Position numbers and translations under genes: made by a program
IMG/VR virus record: IMGVR_UViG_3300034066_002051
Length of the DNA: 64,000 nt
Reading direction: 5' to 3' (one strand)
Source: an uncultured virus (IMG/VR IMGVR_UViG_3300034066_002051)
Taxonomy: Duplodnaviria; Heunggongvirae; Uroviricota; Caudoviricetes
Notes under the pieces: generated by a model
What the model saw: only the letters and a program-made list of their open reading frames with translations
Told to the model about the DNA's origin: nothing
Database searches by the model: none
Shown: one piece after another, positions 9,860 to 20,899 of the stretch
Layout: every line of letters begins with the position of its first letter
Numbering within the stretch: position 1 is the stretch's first letter

Positions 9860-12800
9860 TTAGTTCGTAGGAATTTCAACTTCGAGTTTATCTACATCTG
9901 CTCGCTCAGCGAGTACCATGTAGAAGTAATTAATCTCGGAGCATTTAGATCCAATGTAGATCTTATTATCTCTTATATCTTTAACCCAAAGTGTTTGAGT
10001 TTTGCCGATAGGAGTGAGATTGACAGTGATTGAGTCAGGATCGACTAGTTTTGTCCAGTATTCTGGTAGTTCTATGACAAACTCTCTGGACCTGCCACGA
10101 ACATAGATACCATTCTCTGGACCTTCGAGTGATCCATAACGGAGTTTATGATCGGGTTTTGTTGGGTGGTCAATAATGAACGACTTGGTGGTGGCAGCAA
10201 ACGACCCATTAACTTCTAAATTATAAGATGCCGATGTTGTATTTACTCCAACATTACCATTGGATAGAACATTGATACCAGTCTGACCAGAAGTGGATAT
10301 TTGTAATCTGGCGGATGCAGAACCAGCAGCATTTTGTTTTGTTTCAATAAAGGCATTTAATGTTCCACCAAAACCATAGAACCCAACACCTACGCCAAAG
10401 TTCGCTCCACTATCACTATTTCTTAATCTGAGTACTGTTGGAGCAGAATTATCATCATATCTAAGCTCCATGTGTTGGAAGTTGGATGATGAAGTCTGTT
10501 CTTGAACAATAAGACTTCTAGTTGAGGTACCTACGTATAAAGTGGTACCACCTCCAGAACTTACTTGAAGACGTGCATTTGATGTCGTAGTGGTTCCTAT
10601 ACCGACATTGCCGATAAGATGAGAGATCCCATCCACGTATAGTCCCGAAGTAGCACTACCCTGTTTTGCATATAAGGCTCTCCACGCGTTTTCCCTATGA
10701 GCAAGAGCAGCGAATTCTGTGTTTGCAAGTCCACCTCCACCTGGATATAAAGCTCTAATAGCAGATTGGCTAGTACTACCTTTTTCACTAGCAATATCCA
10801 ACATATGATTAGTACTAGTGCTCGCAACGGTACCGATTCCCACGTCCCCATCAACACTCAGCCTATGACTTGGACCCGCAGTATTTATACCAACCCTTCC
10901 AGTACTTGGGTTAAATACAAACTTAGTACTAGAGACCTTTACGTTATCTCCACCGGTAATAGCATCACCGAAGTGGATATAATGCGTAGTGTTAGTTGAT
11001 GTATCATCAGTAATCCCTACTAATGAGGCAGTTCCTGTTAGATTAGCTGTAATTGTCCCAGCACTAAAATTCCCACTAGCATCTCTAGAAACGATTGTGC
11101 TCGCAGTGTTCACTGCGGTAGCGTTAGATGTTACCGTAAATGTTATATTGGTTGCTGTATTGGCAGAATAGGTAGCACTTCCACTCAATCCTATACCAGA
11201 CGTGTTCATCGTCAAGGTCTTAGTAAGGTCTGGAGTGTTGGTAAAGTTGGCGTAGTTTAGATAGTAGGTTCCTTCTTGCCCATCAAGTAGATCGGAGTTA
11301 AGGTTAGCGCATAAAGTATTGGATGTAACCGTAAAAGGCGATGTGCCCGAGGCAACTGTCGAGGTGAATCTCGATGTAGTAACATTAGTTGCAAGACCCA
11401 AAGTAACCGAGCCAGAACCGTTGGTAACTGTGGTTTGATTGGTTGTTGGGGTTAGAGTGGCCTTGGTGAGCGTGTTATTAGAGTTACCAATTAGAAGTTG
11501 GCCATTAGTGTACGAACTATGACCTGTGCCACCTCTATCGACTGGAATAGCGCTAATTAGGTTTGATGGATCGAGATAATAAGTACTATCTTGGCCATCT
11601 AATGTACCAGCATCAATAACGCCGTTCTTGACAGAAACATCACCAACAACAGAGACATTGAACTGCTCAGTGTTAAACGCAGCGACACCAATATTAGTAA
11701 AACCTGCAGTACGAGTTTCAGTGCCATTTACATTATCGATCTCTAGCTTTACGTTTCCGTGATACGCTGTAATTCCGCCTGTAATGAGATGAGTGCCACC
11801 ATTTGATAATTGAAGACCATTTGAGTTATTAGGGTCAACATATACAGATTGGACAGCGTAGGACCATGTTTGATCTCCTCTTAAGAAAGTGTCGGTATTG
11901 GCTGTGCCTGAAGTGGCGAGTCGTGTAGTTGCAATAGTACCAGAGACAATATTGCTAGCATCGATATTCGCACCAGAAAGGAACGACCAATTATCCGACT
12001 CCTTGCAGGAAGTATTAAGAGCCCCAATAATTCTTACATCAAGGGATTTAAAAGTTGTTGTACTGGTACCTTGGGATGTGAAATTTACCTCAGAGTTTGT
12101 TACACCATTGATAGAGTCAAGGGCTGCGGATTTAGATTCGTGAAGGGTAAAAGTATTTGTAGTAATACTTCCAATAAAGTAATAATTACCACTAAATAGG
12201 CCAGCCGGTAAACCAGTTCCTGTGATTCTTACGGCGTCTCCTGTGGTATATCCATGAGAGGTAAGATAAATGGTATCTTTATCTGTGCTTACTCCATATA
12301 CCGTAAAGGAATGCGTTCCGGTTGAGGTGGCCGAAATTTGAACCTTATTAGAAGGATTTAAGTCATAACTCGTAAATAATTCTATCGTATTAGTATTTAT
12401 GACTTTGATATAATAGGAAGTTTGACTTAATAACCCTCCTACAGGAATATTAACTCCAGAACTATAGAAAATCAGGTCCCCATTTGTGAATCCATGATTT
12501 GTAATAACAAATTGATCATTTGCTACATCTACAGCGCCTGTGGGTGTTGCTTCTGCGCTGAAATTTGTAACAGAAGAGTAGGTATTTGTTAGAGTTTTAG
12601 AAGGAGAATTCGCGTCAGAGATGAAGTCTGGAGCAACAGAATTAGCTACAAACTTTCTTTTCTCTCCAGCAAGATCAATATAAAGTCTTCTTTCGACACC
12701 TGTTACAGTAAGTCTAAAGTTAGCTCCTGTGCCTCCAATATCCGCTGAGTTTGCTGATAGAATGTCTCCAACGGCGTAACCAGATCCGCCCTTGGTCATA

Positions 12801-15800
12801 TCTACCAAGGTTACTACTCCATCAGTTACAATGATAGTAGCTTTTGCTCCTGACGGTGTTCCAGCTACGGTTATATTTGTAAGAGTTATATTTTTATAAG
12901 TAGCTGTTCCAGTAGACGGGGTATATAAACTTCCGCCATTTGTAATCGAAGTATTATTAACAATTCCACTAACTAAACCATTCGTGCCAAAACTTGTATC
13001 GATAATACCATCGGCATTAGAGATAACACCGTGGATCTGGGTAATACCAGTGAGATTAATAGTCTCAGCAGGATCAATAACAATATATTGAGATATGTCA
13101 TCACTCTGGAGCACGTAGGTAGTATCGCTGCCACTAACGCTCTCAGTAACAAAATCACCAGCCAATACTTCTACTGGGGGCACGTCGAGGTAAGCCTCGA
13201 GTCTAGAATCTTGCCCTTCAAACTTATAGGTATTAAAAGTTCTAACAGCTGGAATAAGGTCGAGGTTGATCTTACCAGAGGAGTTAAGTTGTACAACCGA
13301 ACCTGGAATAGAGTTAGTTGATACAGTCTTTCCTTGGAAAGAACCTAGTTTTTGATCTAAGAAGCCCCTAACTGCAAACTGAGTAGATAATCTAGAATTA
13401 GAAGCTCCACCCACCTCATTATCACCAAGACCTACATCGGTGGAAATCTCTTCAATGGTGATATCGGAGATGGTCAGTTTCAAGGATGATAATTCACCGA
13501 CTGTAACTGTTTGCTTAAAGAAGATATTACCGGTTCTATTCTCAGCAACAATCGAGTCCCCGATCTTAAAGTCCCCGAGTTCGTTCGTGCCAGAGGAGTA
13601 GACTCTACCAGGGAGGTTTTGGAACTGTTCATAGGCGGGAACACTCTTCGCTCCGTTTTGAGGCAGAGCGTTATAGTCCATGCCCGATCCGGCATATTCC
13701 CAAGTATGAGCAGATGAGTTAACAATCGAGGGGCGATGGAGGTGAATGTCCTTACCCTCTAGGTTCTCAAAGTTCTGGATTGAATTACCTGGGCTTGTTG
13801 AACTAGTCTTAAATAATGAGGTATAGAGATCTTCTCTACGGAAGTTTGTATTAACAGTGGCAGTAACAGGAGTCACAGAGTGGTCCTGTAAGGTCATTCC
13901 ATTTGTGAATTGTTGGCGGACTTGTTGCCCAGCAACTAAGACCTTATTAACAGAGACAATAAGTTTATTTGTAGATGAGTTCCAACTCCAAACAGTACCC
14001 GATGATGTAGTAGTTAAAGATGTGCCAATTACAATCTCACCTTTATTAAAGGTATAGGATCCAGCGCTAAGGGTAAGTTCTTGGTAGAAGTTATGATACT
14101 CAATGACTCCATCTACAAAAAACTCTTCAAGGTTTGTAATTAACTTATGAGTCTGAGTATACGTCCCTGTTTCGAGGTCAACTTCTGAGGACAATTCTTC
14201 ATCGTCAAAAAGTTTGAAAGTATTCGGATCAATTACATTTACGTAATAAACAGTTTCATCAAATAATCCGGTAATTTCTACATCGCCATTAGCGCTATAG
14301 ATTACTTGTTGACGATTGATATAACCATGGTTGTTATATGTAATAACATTAGTAGCATAATCTACGTCAATATTAGGATCAAATACTTTTTCAATAGGTG
14401 TCTGTTTGAATTGTGAAGTTATCTCGGTATTTGTTCCAGTGTTATAGAATTTTAGAATATAGTGATTGATTACTTCTCGGCCTGTACCGAGAACTTGCAT
14501 GGTTTGTTTATTATCTACGATCGAAAGAGCAGAAATATACCCCCTATCGAAGTTAAATGACTCTGCTCTGTATCCTTGTGATCTTAGAGCATAAAGTCCG
14601 TGGTTTGTCGCAGAGTTAGTGATAGAGGCATAACCACCACCTTGGCAATATGTACCATTCTTACAGAAGATTTGGAAGCAAGATACCACCTGGGTATAAC
14701 CATCATTAACAACGCGCCATCCTGTTCCTCCGAAAGAAAGCATTGTAAATGCGTTAGCAACGATAGACTTACCTTGTTCTGGAACTGCTCCAATAGTGGG
14801 TCTTTCTGCCTCTTCTGGATTATCTGGGATGTTTGGAGTGACTACCTTTGATCCATCGACAATAACTCCACTACCACCCAAGAATGAAATAATGGAACAG
14901 TTTTGGATATAAGGTGATCTTGTGATTGTAGGTTTGGTAGATGGAAGACCAGTGTATCCTGCTCTAGAAACAGAGGTATCAAATGGATCATCAAATGCTA
15001 CAATGTATCTCCAAGTAAAGTCGGGTACTCCTTCCTCATCTAGAGCGTCTCTAAATGTTAGACCTGTTAGATAAGAACCATTCCTAAGTCTAAGGATATC
15101 TGCCTTTGGAATAGCTGGGCGGATAATAACAGATCGTAAACTATCCCCCACAATTGAAACATCATCTGGAACAATGATAGGATTTTGCTCAGTATAATCA
15201 CCAGCTTTTACAAAAATACATACTGGTTTTGCTTTATTTGCTGCAAGTTGACAAGCTTTTTTAATAGTTCTAACTGGGAGTAAACTTCCGTCATTGTTAT
15301 CATTTCCATCAGCAGCAGATACTACGATAGAAGTGCTACCAGCAAAATAACTAGATCCCCAAGTAAGATTGCCATTACCATCGGTGACTACGGTCTGGCC
15401 ATTAACACCGTAGTTAGATGGAAGGTCATAAATGATATCACTCGTGAGAGACTGACCTGAGTTTATATAAGTTCTGTAGGAATTATTACCAAGAAGTCCT
15501 AAGGAGTCAATTTTTGCATCTCCGTCTACTTCTAGTTCTACAGATGGTAGAAGAACTCCTATGCCTAATTTTTCTGCAATATAGGCCCCACCTTCTGTAG
15601 AAATGGAGGATTGTGTAGTGTTAGAAGTTTGTAATGTACCAGAAGTTGAAATATTCGCTGTGATTCCACTTCTTGAGTTAGAGACATGTAAATATTGTAG
15701 ATGATCATCGTCATCTGTACCTGTGAGAAGACCATGGTCTCCTACCCCCTTACCTACAGTGGATCTTAGGTCTATAGCATTAACTAATATAGCATTTGGT

Positions 15801-16909
15801 GAGTTAGGATAAGTTGAATCACTTCTCCATACTAATTTCCAAATAGGTTTTAAGTCTTTAGTGGGTATATTTGTTAGGTCTAGGTCGTCAAAGTCTGATG
15901 CCTCGGCCTCACCTTGAGTTGCATATTGATTTTGCCCCAAAAGTGAGAGAATAGGATATTCTAAGTTAGTGGATACTAGCAACCAAGTTGACATATAGTA
16001 CCCACTGGTAAGTGGTTGAGTGGACCATGCTCCGGCGTTATTTACATTATACTGAATAGTAGTACCAGATGTCTTGATGGGATATGTAGTGGCTCCATCC
16101 ACTGTCCATATACCGGTGGCTCCGCTCTGATACATCACTGGGACCTCAGCAGGGAAACTTAACTTCTGTTCAAAATCGCCTAGGACAGGAGCTGCGCTAT
16201 GAGTTACAGTTACAACAATATCAGCATTATGAATCGTGCCATTAGCAAGACCAACTTGCGCATGAGAATCTAGCGATCCATCACCCTCAAGAGTATAACC
16301 TTGAAGATTAAATCCAGAAGAAACTACTACGCCAAAAGTATCATGGAGATATCTCTGTGTACTCCAGTCCAGAGTAGCATCATGGCGGAGATCTCCGAAT
16401 AATTCGGCAGTTTCAGTTACAGCATTCCAATATACATAAGCTACTGGAGTATCAATCTTTAGATCGAAGTATGAAGTCCTATGGCTTAAATTCCCAGAGG
16501 AATTGAAATATATGTAATAAAGACCAGTAGTGGTGGGTAGAGAAATTGTTAAATTATTAACGATCTGCCTTCTAACACCCCCAGCCCACACATAATAGGA
16601 AGTATGTCCGTCTGTTGAGTTTGGAGAAATCGTAAAAGTACGAATTGAGTTCTGAAAAGAAATCTCAGAATGTAGTCTATTCTCAAATCCGTTAGGTTCT
16701 CCGGCTGATTGAAGGGCTTGTGAAGTATCAGTTGCAATAGTATTTACTTCATTTATAGCCTGGACGATAGTCGATCTCGAAGAGGTATCTAAACCACTTA
16801 ACTCTCCAACATCTACTAAAGTACCATTATTTGTAACTACATCTTTTAAAAGAGCACCTGTCCCAGCAGACAGGCCATGACGCACATTAAACCTACGATT
16901 TGTAGCCAT
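9860..16909 (-). CDS. very large virion structural/fibre protein
   Basis: 2349 aa; three HG(Y/F) modules, LLDG linker motifs, GNVGIGT repeats; C-terminal TKSFIIDHPTKP...YGSLEGPENG domain typical of phage fibre ends. Confidence 0.75.
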   Translation of the reverse strand: MATNRRFNVRHGLSAGTGALLKDVVTNNGTLVDVGELSGLDTSSRSTIVQAINEVNTIATDTSQALQSAGEPNGFENRLHSEISFQNSIRTFTISPNSTDGHTSYYVWAGGVRRQIVNNLTISLPTTTGLYYIYFNSSGNLSHRTSYFDLKIDTPVAYVYWNAVTETAELFGDLRHDATLDWSTQRYLHDTFGVVVSSGFNLQGYTLEGDGSLDSHAQVGLANGTIHNADIVVTVTHSAAPVLGDFEQKLSFPAEVPVMYQSGATGIWTVDGATTYPIKTSGTTIQYNVNNAGAWSTQPLTSGYYMSTWLLVSTNLEYPILSLLGQNQYATQGEAEASDFDDLDLTNIPTKDLKPIWKLVWRSDSTYPNSPNAILVNAIDLRSTVGKGVGDHGLLTGTDDDDHLQYLHVSNSRSGITANISTSGTLQTSNTTQSSISTEGGAYIAEKLGIGVLLPSVELEVDGDAKIDSLGLLGNNSYRTYINSGQSLTSDIIYDLPSNYGVNGQTVVTDGNGNLTWGSSYFAGSTSIVVSAADGNDNNDGSLLPVRTIKKACQLAANKAKPVCIFVKAGDYTEQNPIIVPDDVSIVGDSLRSVIIRPAIPKADILRLRNGSYLTGLTFRDALDEEGVPDFTWRYIVAFDDPFDTSVSRAGYTGLPSTKPTITRSPYIQNCSIISFLGGSGVIVDGSKVVTPNIPDNPEEAERPTIGAVPEQGKSIVANAFTMLSFGGTGWRVVNDGYTQVVSCFQIFCKNGTYCQGGGYASITNSATNHGLYALRSQGYRAESFNFDRGYISALSIVDNKQTMQVLGTGREVINHYILKFYNTGTNTEITSQFKQTPIEKVFDPNIDVDYATNVITYNNHGYINRQQVIYSANGDVEITGLFDETVYYVNVIDPNTFKLFDDEELSSEVDLETGTYTQTHKLITNLEEFFVDGVIEYHNFYQELTLSAGSYTFNKGEIVIGTSLTTTSSGTVWSWNSSTNKLIVSVNKVLVAGQQVRQQFTNGMTLQDHSVTPVTATVNTNFRREDLYTSLFKTSSTSPGNSIQNFENLEGKDIHLHRPSIVNSSAHTWEYAGSGMDYNALPQNGAKSVPAYEQFQNLPGRVYSSGTNELGDFKIGDSIVAENRTGNIFFKQTVTVGELSSLKLTISDITIEEISTDVGLGDNEVGGASNSRLSTQFAVRGFLDQKLGSFQGKTVSTNSIPGSVVQLNSSGKINLDLIPAVRTFNTYKFEGQDSRLEAYLDVPPVEVLAGDFVTESVSGSDTTYVLQSDDISQYIVIDPAETINLTGITQIHGVISNADGIIDTSFGTNGLVSGIVNNTSITNGGSLYTPSTGTATYKNITLTNITVAGTPSGAKATIIVTDGVVTLVDMTKGGSGYAVGDILSANSADIGGTGANFRLTVTGVERRLYIDLAGEKRKFVANSVAPDFISDANSPSKTLTNTYSSVTNFSAEATPTGAVDVANDQFVITNHGFTNGDLIFYSSGVNIPVGGLLSQTSYYIKVINTNTIELFTSYDLNPSNKVQISATSTGTHSFTVYGVSTDKDTIYLTSHGYTTGDAVRITGTGLPAGLFSGNYYFIGSITTNTFTLHESKSAALDSINGVTNSEVNFTSQGTSTTTFKSLDVRIIGALNTSCKESDNWSFLSGANIDASNIVSGTIATTRLATSGTANTDTFLRGDQTWSYAVQSVYVDPNNSNGLQLSNGGTHLITGGITAYHGNVKLEIDNVNGTETRTAGFTNIGVAAFNTEQFNVSVVGDVSVKNGVIDAGTLDGQDSTYYLDPSNLISAIPVDRGGTGHSSYTNGQLLIGNSNNTLTKATLTPTTNQTTVTNGSGSVTLGLATNVTTSRFTSTVASGTSPFTVTSNTLCANLNSDLLDGQEGTYYLNYANFTNTPDLTKTLTMNTSGIGLSGSATYSANTATNITFTVTSNATAVNTASTIVSRDASGNFSAGTITANLTGTASLVGITDDTSTNTTHYIHFGDAITGGDNVKVSSTKFVFNPSTGRVGINTAGPSHRLSVDGDVGIGTVASTSTNHMLDIASEKGSTSQSAIRALYPGGGGLANTEFAALAHRENAWRALYAKQGSATSGLYVDGISHLIGNVGIGTTTTSNARLQVSSGGGTTLYVGTSTRSLIVQEQTSSSNFQHMELRYDDNSAPTVLRLRNSDSGANFGVGVGFYGFGGTLNAFIETKQNAAGSASARLQISTSGQTGINVLSNGNVGVNTTSASYNLEVNGSFAATTKSFIIDHPTKPDHKLRYGSLEGPENGIYVRGRSREFVIELPEYWTKLVDPDSITVNLTPIGKTQTLWVKDIRDNKIYIGSKCSEINYFYMVLAERADVDKLEVEIPTN

Positions 16910-16956
16910 ACGGGTTCACAGCTCCCCCGAGCAATAATAGAAATCTATATATGGCT

Positions 16957-18966
16957 TTAAACTAAGATTGAGGTACGGACTGTCTTAAGCTCTACATTAT
17001 CGACAACAAGAGGAAACTTTTGGAATGTAAGAACCACTTCTGAAGATTGAGTATCTATATACGCATCAAATTGACCCAGTCTCTCATCGAGGTATGTACT
17101 TACCATACCATACTCAACCACAAAAGCGTTGGTTCCATTATGGACAATAAGTATCTCACCTACTTGATAGACCATAGAGTCAGTTCCATCTGCACTAGAG
17201 CCAGATACCTGAACAATATACTTCGCAGAACGATACGAGGTAGAAAATTTCTCGACAATAAATGGACTAAAGGAATCAAAAGGGACCTGAGTTGTATCTA
17301 CAAATGTCTCAATTTTAGAAGAATTTTCTCCGTCAGATGCAAATCTATATCCCCCAAATTCAATATTATCAGCAAGTCCTATTTTCCATGTATCAGTTAA
17401 ATTATCATAGGTTCTTTGGAACGTAGTTGGTAGTAGGTAATGAGCAATTGCAATATCATTTGTGATTCCTGCCCAGATATAATTCTCAGGTAGAGATGGT
17501 AGAGAAACAAAAGAACTGGGGTGATTGACCATAATCGCCCCATCTGTTGCATCTTCTCTGATTAAAATTCCTATTTGTTGTGATATATCTCCAATAGACG
17601 TGTTAGGTTGTGAGAATGTTAGGCCACTATTCTCTCCAACATAAACAACTCTACCAAGATTACTAGTGTTATTTGGTAATGCACCGGGAAGATTAGAAGT
17701 ATTAAACCCTCCTACCTCACCAAGAAGGACAACAACACCTCTGGATCCTGGGGATATGTTTTTTAAAGCTACGCCAATAGCCCGCATTTTTGTATTATCT
17801 GAAGACTTTGCTTTTGAAACTTTTGCCAATCGATTAGCAAAATCTTGACCAGAATAGTATACAGGGTCCCCAGCTAAAATAGTATCTGAAAGTTCAGCGC
17901 TTTTAACATCTATTGAGAGTAATGATGTCTCTATTTGATTTACTTCATTACCCACTCTAGCAAAAACTCTTACATTTCCATTAGTTGGGTTATGGAAAAC
18001 ATCCCAGGTTTTTTCAGCAATCTGACCCGAACCATCAGTATATTCAATAATATCATCAACGCTTTTTATCCCGAAGTTTCCAGCTTGGATTACATTCCTG
18101 TCTCTATCAACAATGATCTCTGGAGAATATGATACGTGGATATTTCCTGTTGAATTAACATAATTTCCATTAATAGTTTTTAGACGGAATGTGTTAATAG
18201 TTGAATCAGCAATAAAATACTCCCCTTGTGGTACCGGAGAAGGAGTAATTCCATCAATTAATGTTCCAAATACGTATATTTTTTCACCATTAAATAATCC
18301 GTGAGTAGAATACTCAAATACCGTTTGAGAAGTTCCTACTACGCTATCAGTAGTAAAAATATATCCTTGATGTGGCTTAAAAACTAAATTATTACTAATC
18401 GTCTCTACTTCTTCAGATGTAATTAGAAACGATTTTCCATTTAACTCTACTCCATTGGCAAACTCGTTATCCTCGTTGATGATAAGTTTATCACCATCAG
18501 CAGTGGAAAATCCAGCTAAAGCAGTTTTATTGTTAATCTTAAGACGAATCTCATCAGTGTGGATAAAATTATCCCCATCTTCCCCATCTACAAACTGATC
18601 AAGATTAAGATCGGTACGTGCATAAATCCTAGAAGCCTCGATCCATTGAGAAGAACTAGAATTCCATACCTTTAATATATAAAAATCTTCACCACCACTA
18701 GTATCTACCCAACATTCTCCATTAGAAAGTTCAGTGGGGTATCCTTGAGCAGCAGCATAGGTATTTGGAGGAGTAGGACCGACATGAATCGGACCAATCT
18801 TTCTGATTTTTCTTGTGCCATCACCTGCTAGATCTTTAAAATATAGACCAGGTTCATCTGCATTGTAATTAATGGCTAACTCGCCATCATCGATATCAAT
18901 TAATTCTGGACGTTTTGAAATTACCGGTGAACGACGGTGATAAATTCTGTCTCTAAGATCTGCCAT
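16957..18966 (-). CDS. virion structural protein (fibre-related)
   Basis: N-terminal DGELAINY...GLYFKD motif; C-terminal YRSAKYIVQV...EILIVHNG...EYG domain typical of cyanophage structural proteins. Confidence 0.65.
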   Translation of the reverse strand: MADLRDRIYHRRSPVISKRPELIDIDDGELAINYNADEPGLYFKDLAGDGTRKIRKIGPIHVGPTPPNTYAAAQGYPTELSNGECWVDTSGGEDFYILKVWNSSSSQWIEASRIYARTDLNLDQFVDGEDGDNFIHTDEIRLKINNKTALAGFSTADGDKLIINEDNEFANGVELNGKSFLITSEEVETISNNLVFKPHQGYIFTTDSVVGTSQTVFEYSTHGLFNGEKIYVFGTLIDGITPSPVPQGEYFIADSTINTFRLKTINGNYVNSTGNIHVSYSPEIIVDRDRNVIQAGNFGIKSVDDIIEYTDGSGQIAEKTWDVFHNPTNGNVRVFARVGNEVNQIETSLLSIDVKSAELSDTILAGDPVYYSGQDFANRLAKVSKAKSSDNTKMRAIGVALKNISPGSRGVVVLLGEVGGFNTSNLPGALPNNTSNLGRVVYVGENSGLTFSQPNTSIGDISQQIGILIREDATDGAIMVNHPSSFVSLPSLPENYIWAGITNDIAIAHYLLPTTFQRTYDNLTDTWKIGLADNIEFGGYRFASDGENSSKIETFVDTTQVPFDSFSPFIVEKFSTSYRSAKYIVQVSGSSADGTDSMVYQVGEILIVHNGTNAFVVEYGMVSTYLDERLGQFDAYIDTQSSEVVLTFQKFPLVVDNVELKTVRTSILV

Positions 18967-18968
18967 AA

Positions 18969-19796
18969 TTAGTATACTAATGCATCGATGATGTAGTTCT
19001 TATCATCTCCTTGGACTACATTATCAATAACTTCCGTAATATAGTCTTCCATAAAGCCTTTATTTACTGCATCCAAAACATGAATTGGATCAGCTACACC
19101 CGCGATTCTCCTTTCGCTCACGTCAAGAGCAGGGCGCCAAGACTCAATATTTTGTCCTAAGAATAGATTACCATAGAACTCAATCTGCCCAGAGGTTCTA
19201 ATCCGACCAATCGAGTTGGATTCGTTATCTATCCACTGTTGAACTACATCTACATCAGGAGATGAAGATGCAATAAGGGTTAAAGGAATAGCTTCATTTG
19301 CTAAAGGATTTATTGTATTTTGAAGTAAAGATGTCGGTGCTTTAGTAATAAAGTCATCTGGGTCTGTAGTTACTTCGGCAATAAGTTCATCTATTTCATA
19401 TTTGGTATATAATACAGACTTTCCATAATAATTAGTTTGGATATCACCTAATAGAGTCTGAGATAGTGAAAGAAGTTGCTGAGATAACTCCGCATCGGTA
19501 ACCATTCCCGCCGTAGAAGAGTTAATTTGCCCTTCGAGAGTTTGAATAAGTGAATCTACTGTATCTTTATCATACACGCTACCTATATTAGCCTTAGTTT
19601 TAAGAACCTTATTAATCTCTACTTTTGTATAAAAATCACGAAGATCTATATTTTCAGTAGTTGATTGGGGTTTTGAATAGATATTTGGTTGAGTAGAGAA
19701 TGTCTGTGTAGATTGAGTTACATCGGGAGACGTAGGAAGTACTTTTTGAACTCCCCCTGTCCCACAGTTGCCACCTCCGCCGAATACATTTGCCAT
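18969..19796 (-). CDS. putative structural protein
   Basis: YTKxEI(N/D) repeats and GVADP...DAVNKGF motif typical of fibre shafts; lies in the structural operon. Confidence 0.55.
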   Translation of the reverse strand: MANVFGGGGNCGTGGVQKVLPTSPDVTQSTQTFSTQPNIYSKPQSTTENIDLRDFYTKVEINKVLKTKANIGSVYDKDTVDSLIQTLEGQINSSTAGMVTDAELSQQLLSLSQTLLGDIQTNYYGKSVLYTKYEIDELIAEVTTDPDDFITKAPTSLLQNTINPLANEAIPLTLIASSSPDVDVVQQWIDNESNSIGRIRTSGQIEFYGNLFLGQNIESWRPALDVSERRIAGVADPIHVLDAVNKGFMEDYITEVIDNVVQGDDKNYIIDALVY

Positions 19797-19802
19797 TATG
19801 TC

Positions 19803-20876
19803 TTATTCCTCCGTTGGTTGATCTAAAGCGTCGATTTGTTCTTGTGTTAAAACTGCCGGAGCAGGACGGATTTCAGCCCTTGTATTAAGATCCGGTATTG
19901 TTGGTTTTAATTTATAGGGTACTGGGACCTCAACATAATGTCCAAGTGACCCGATCTGAACCACATCGTAACCAAGAGCCGGTTCTTTACGTCTTTGATA
20001 CTCAAGACATCTATTTGCTTTAGTATTTACGCAATAGATTTTTTGCCAATATGGCCCTGGTTTGAAGTTAGCATATTCAGCATATATTGCTTCAGTGGCC
20101 GGCATATCTTGGATGGCGATCCAAATACATACTGTGTCACCACATTCTGCTTCTATTCTAACAGTATCCCCTCGCTTATAGAAAAATTCCCTTCTAACCC
20201 GGGCATTTTTCCATACATCTGAACTGGAATCTTTCATGCATTTCTCAAAATCTCCCAAAGTTCCACCTTGAGATTGACAATTTTGCAATGCCAATTCATA
20301 TGTTCCCTCAGACCATGTGCTATCTATCTCCTCCCACTCATCATAGAAATATTCCAAGGCGTACTCAGCGTATCTCTCACGGAGTTCTTCTGGAGTTGGT
20401 AGGCCAACTGGGATTGTTGTTTTTATACTACAAATCTTATCCCACTTAGAATAGTCAAATGGCCCAGAGATCGAGAGTATATTTTGATTTGCTTCATATA
20501 ATCCTAACTCATACCCATCATCTTCTATGAGCAGGACTTTTGCGCCTTCAGTATATGCAGTAATTCTTCTATATGTACTTACAGCCCATTTATCGTCTGT
20601 AAGTTCAAAAAATAAATCTGGAGTAAGGGAAGAGATTTCCCAAGGAAACTCGATCTCCCCCCAAGTTTTATATAGTCCCTTTTGTGTAGAATATATCTGA
20701 TATTCTTCAAAAAGTTCTTGAATAGTTTTCCCGCAAGTATTTAAATCTGTACGGGCACAAGATTTATCGACAACGCTCCCTTCCACCCCACCACCGGGTA
20801 TCCCTTCAACCGCGTTAATCTGCTCTTGAGAGGGTTGCTCAAAACACCCTCTAAAATAGAGGTTGGAGAGAGACAT
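19803..20876 (-). CDS. hypothetical protein
   Basis: 357-aa ORF with GAGGAGG ribosome-binding site, co-oriented after the tube gene. Confidence 0.6.
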   Translation of the reverse strand: MSLSNLYFRGCFEQPSQEQINAVEGIPGGGVEGSVVDKSCARTDLNTCGKTIQELFEEYQIYSTQKGLYKTWGEIEFPWEISSLTPDLFFELTDDKWAVSTYRRITAYTEGAKVLLIEDDGYELGLYEANQNILSISGPFDYSKWDKICSIKTTIPVGLPTPEELRERYAEYALEYFYDEWEEIDSTWSEGTYELALQNCQSQGGTLGDFEKCMKDSSSDVWKNARVRREFFYKRGDTVRIEAECGDTVCIWIAIQDMPATEAIYAEYANFKPGPYWQKIYCVNTKANRCLEYQRRKEPALGYDVVQIGSLGHYVEVPVPYKLKPTIPDLNTRAEIRPAPAVLTQEQIDALDQPTEE

Positions 20877-20899
20877 ACTTCAACCTCCTCTAGTAAGAA

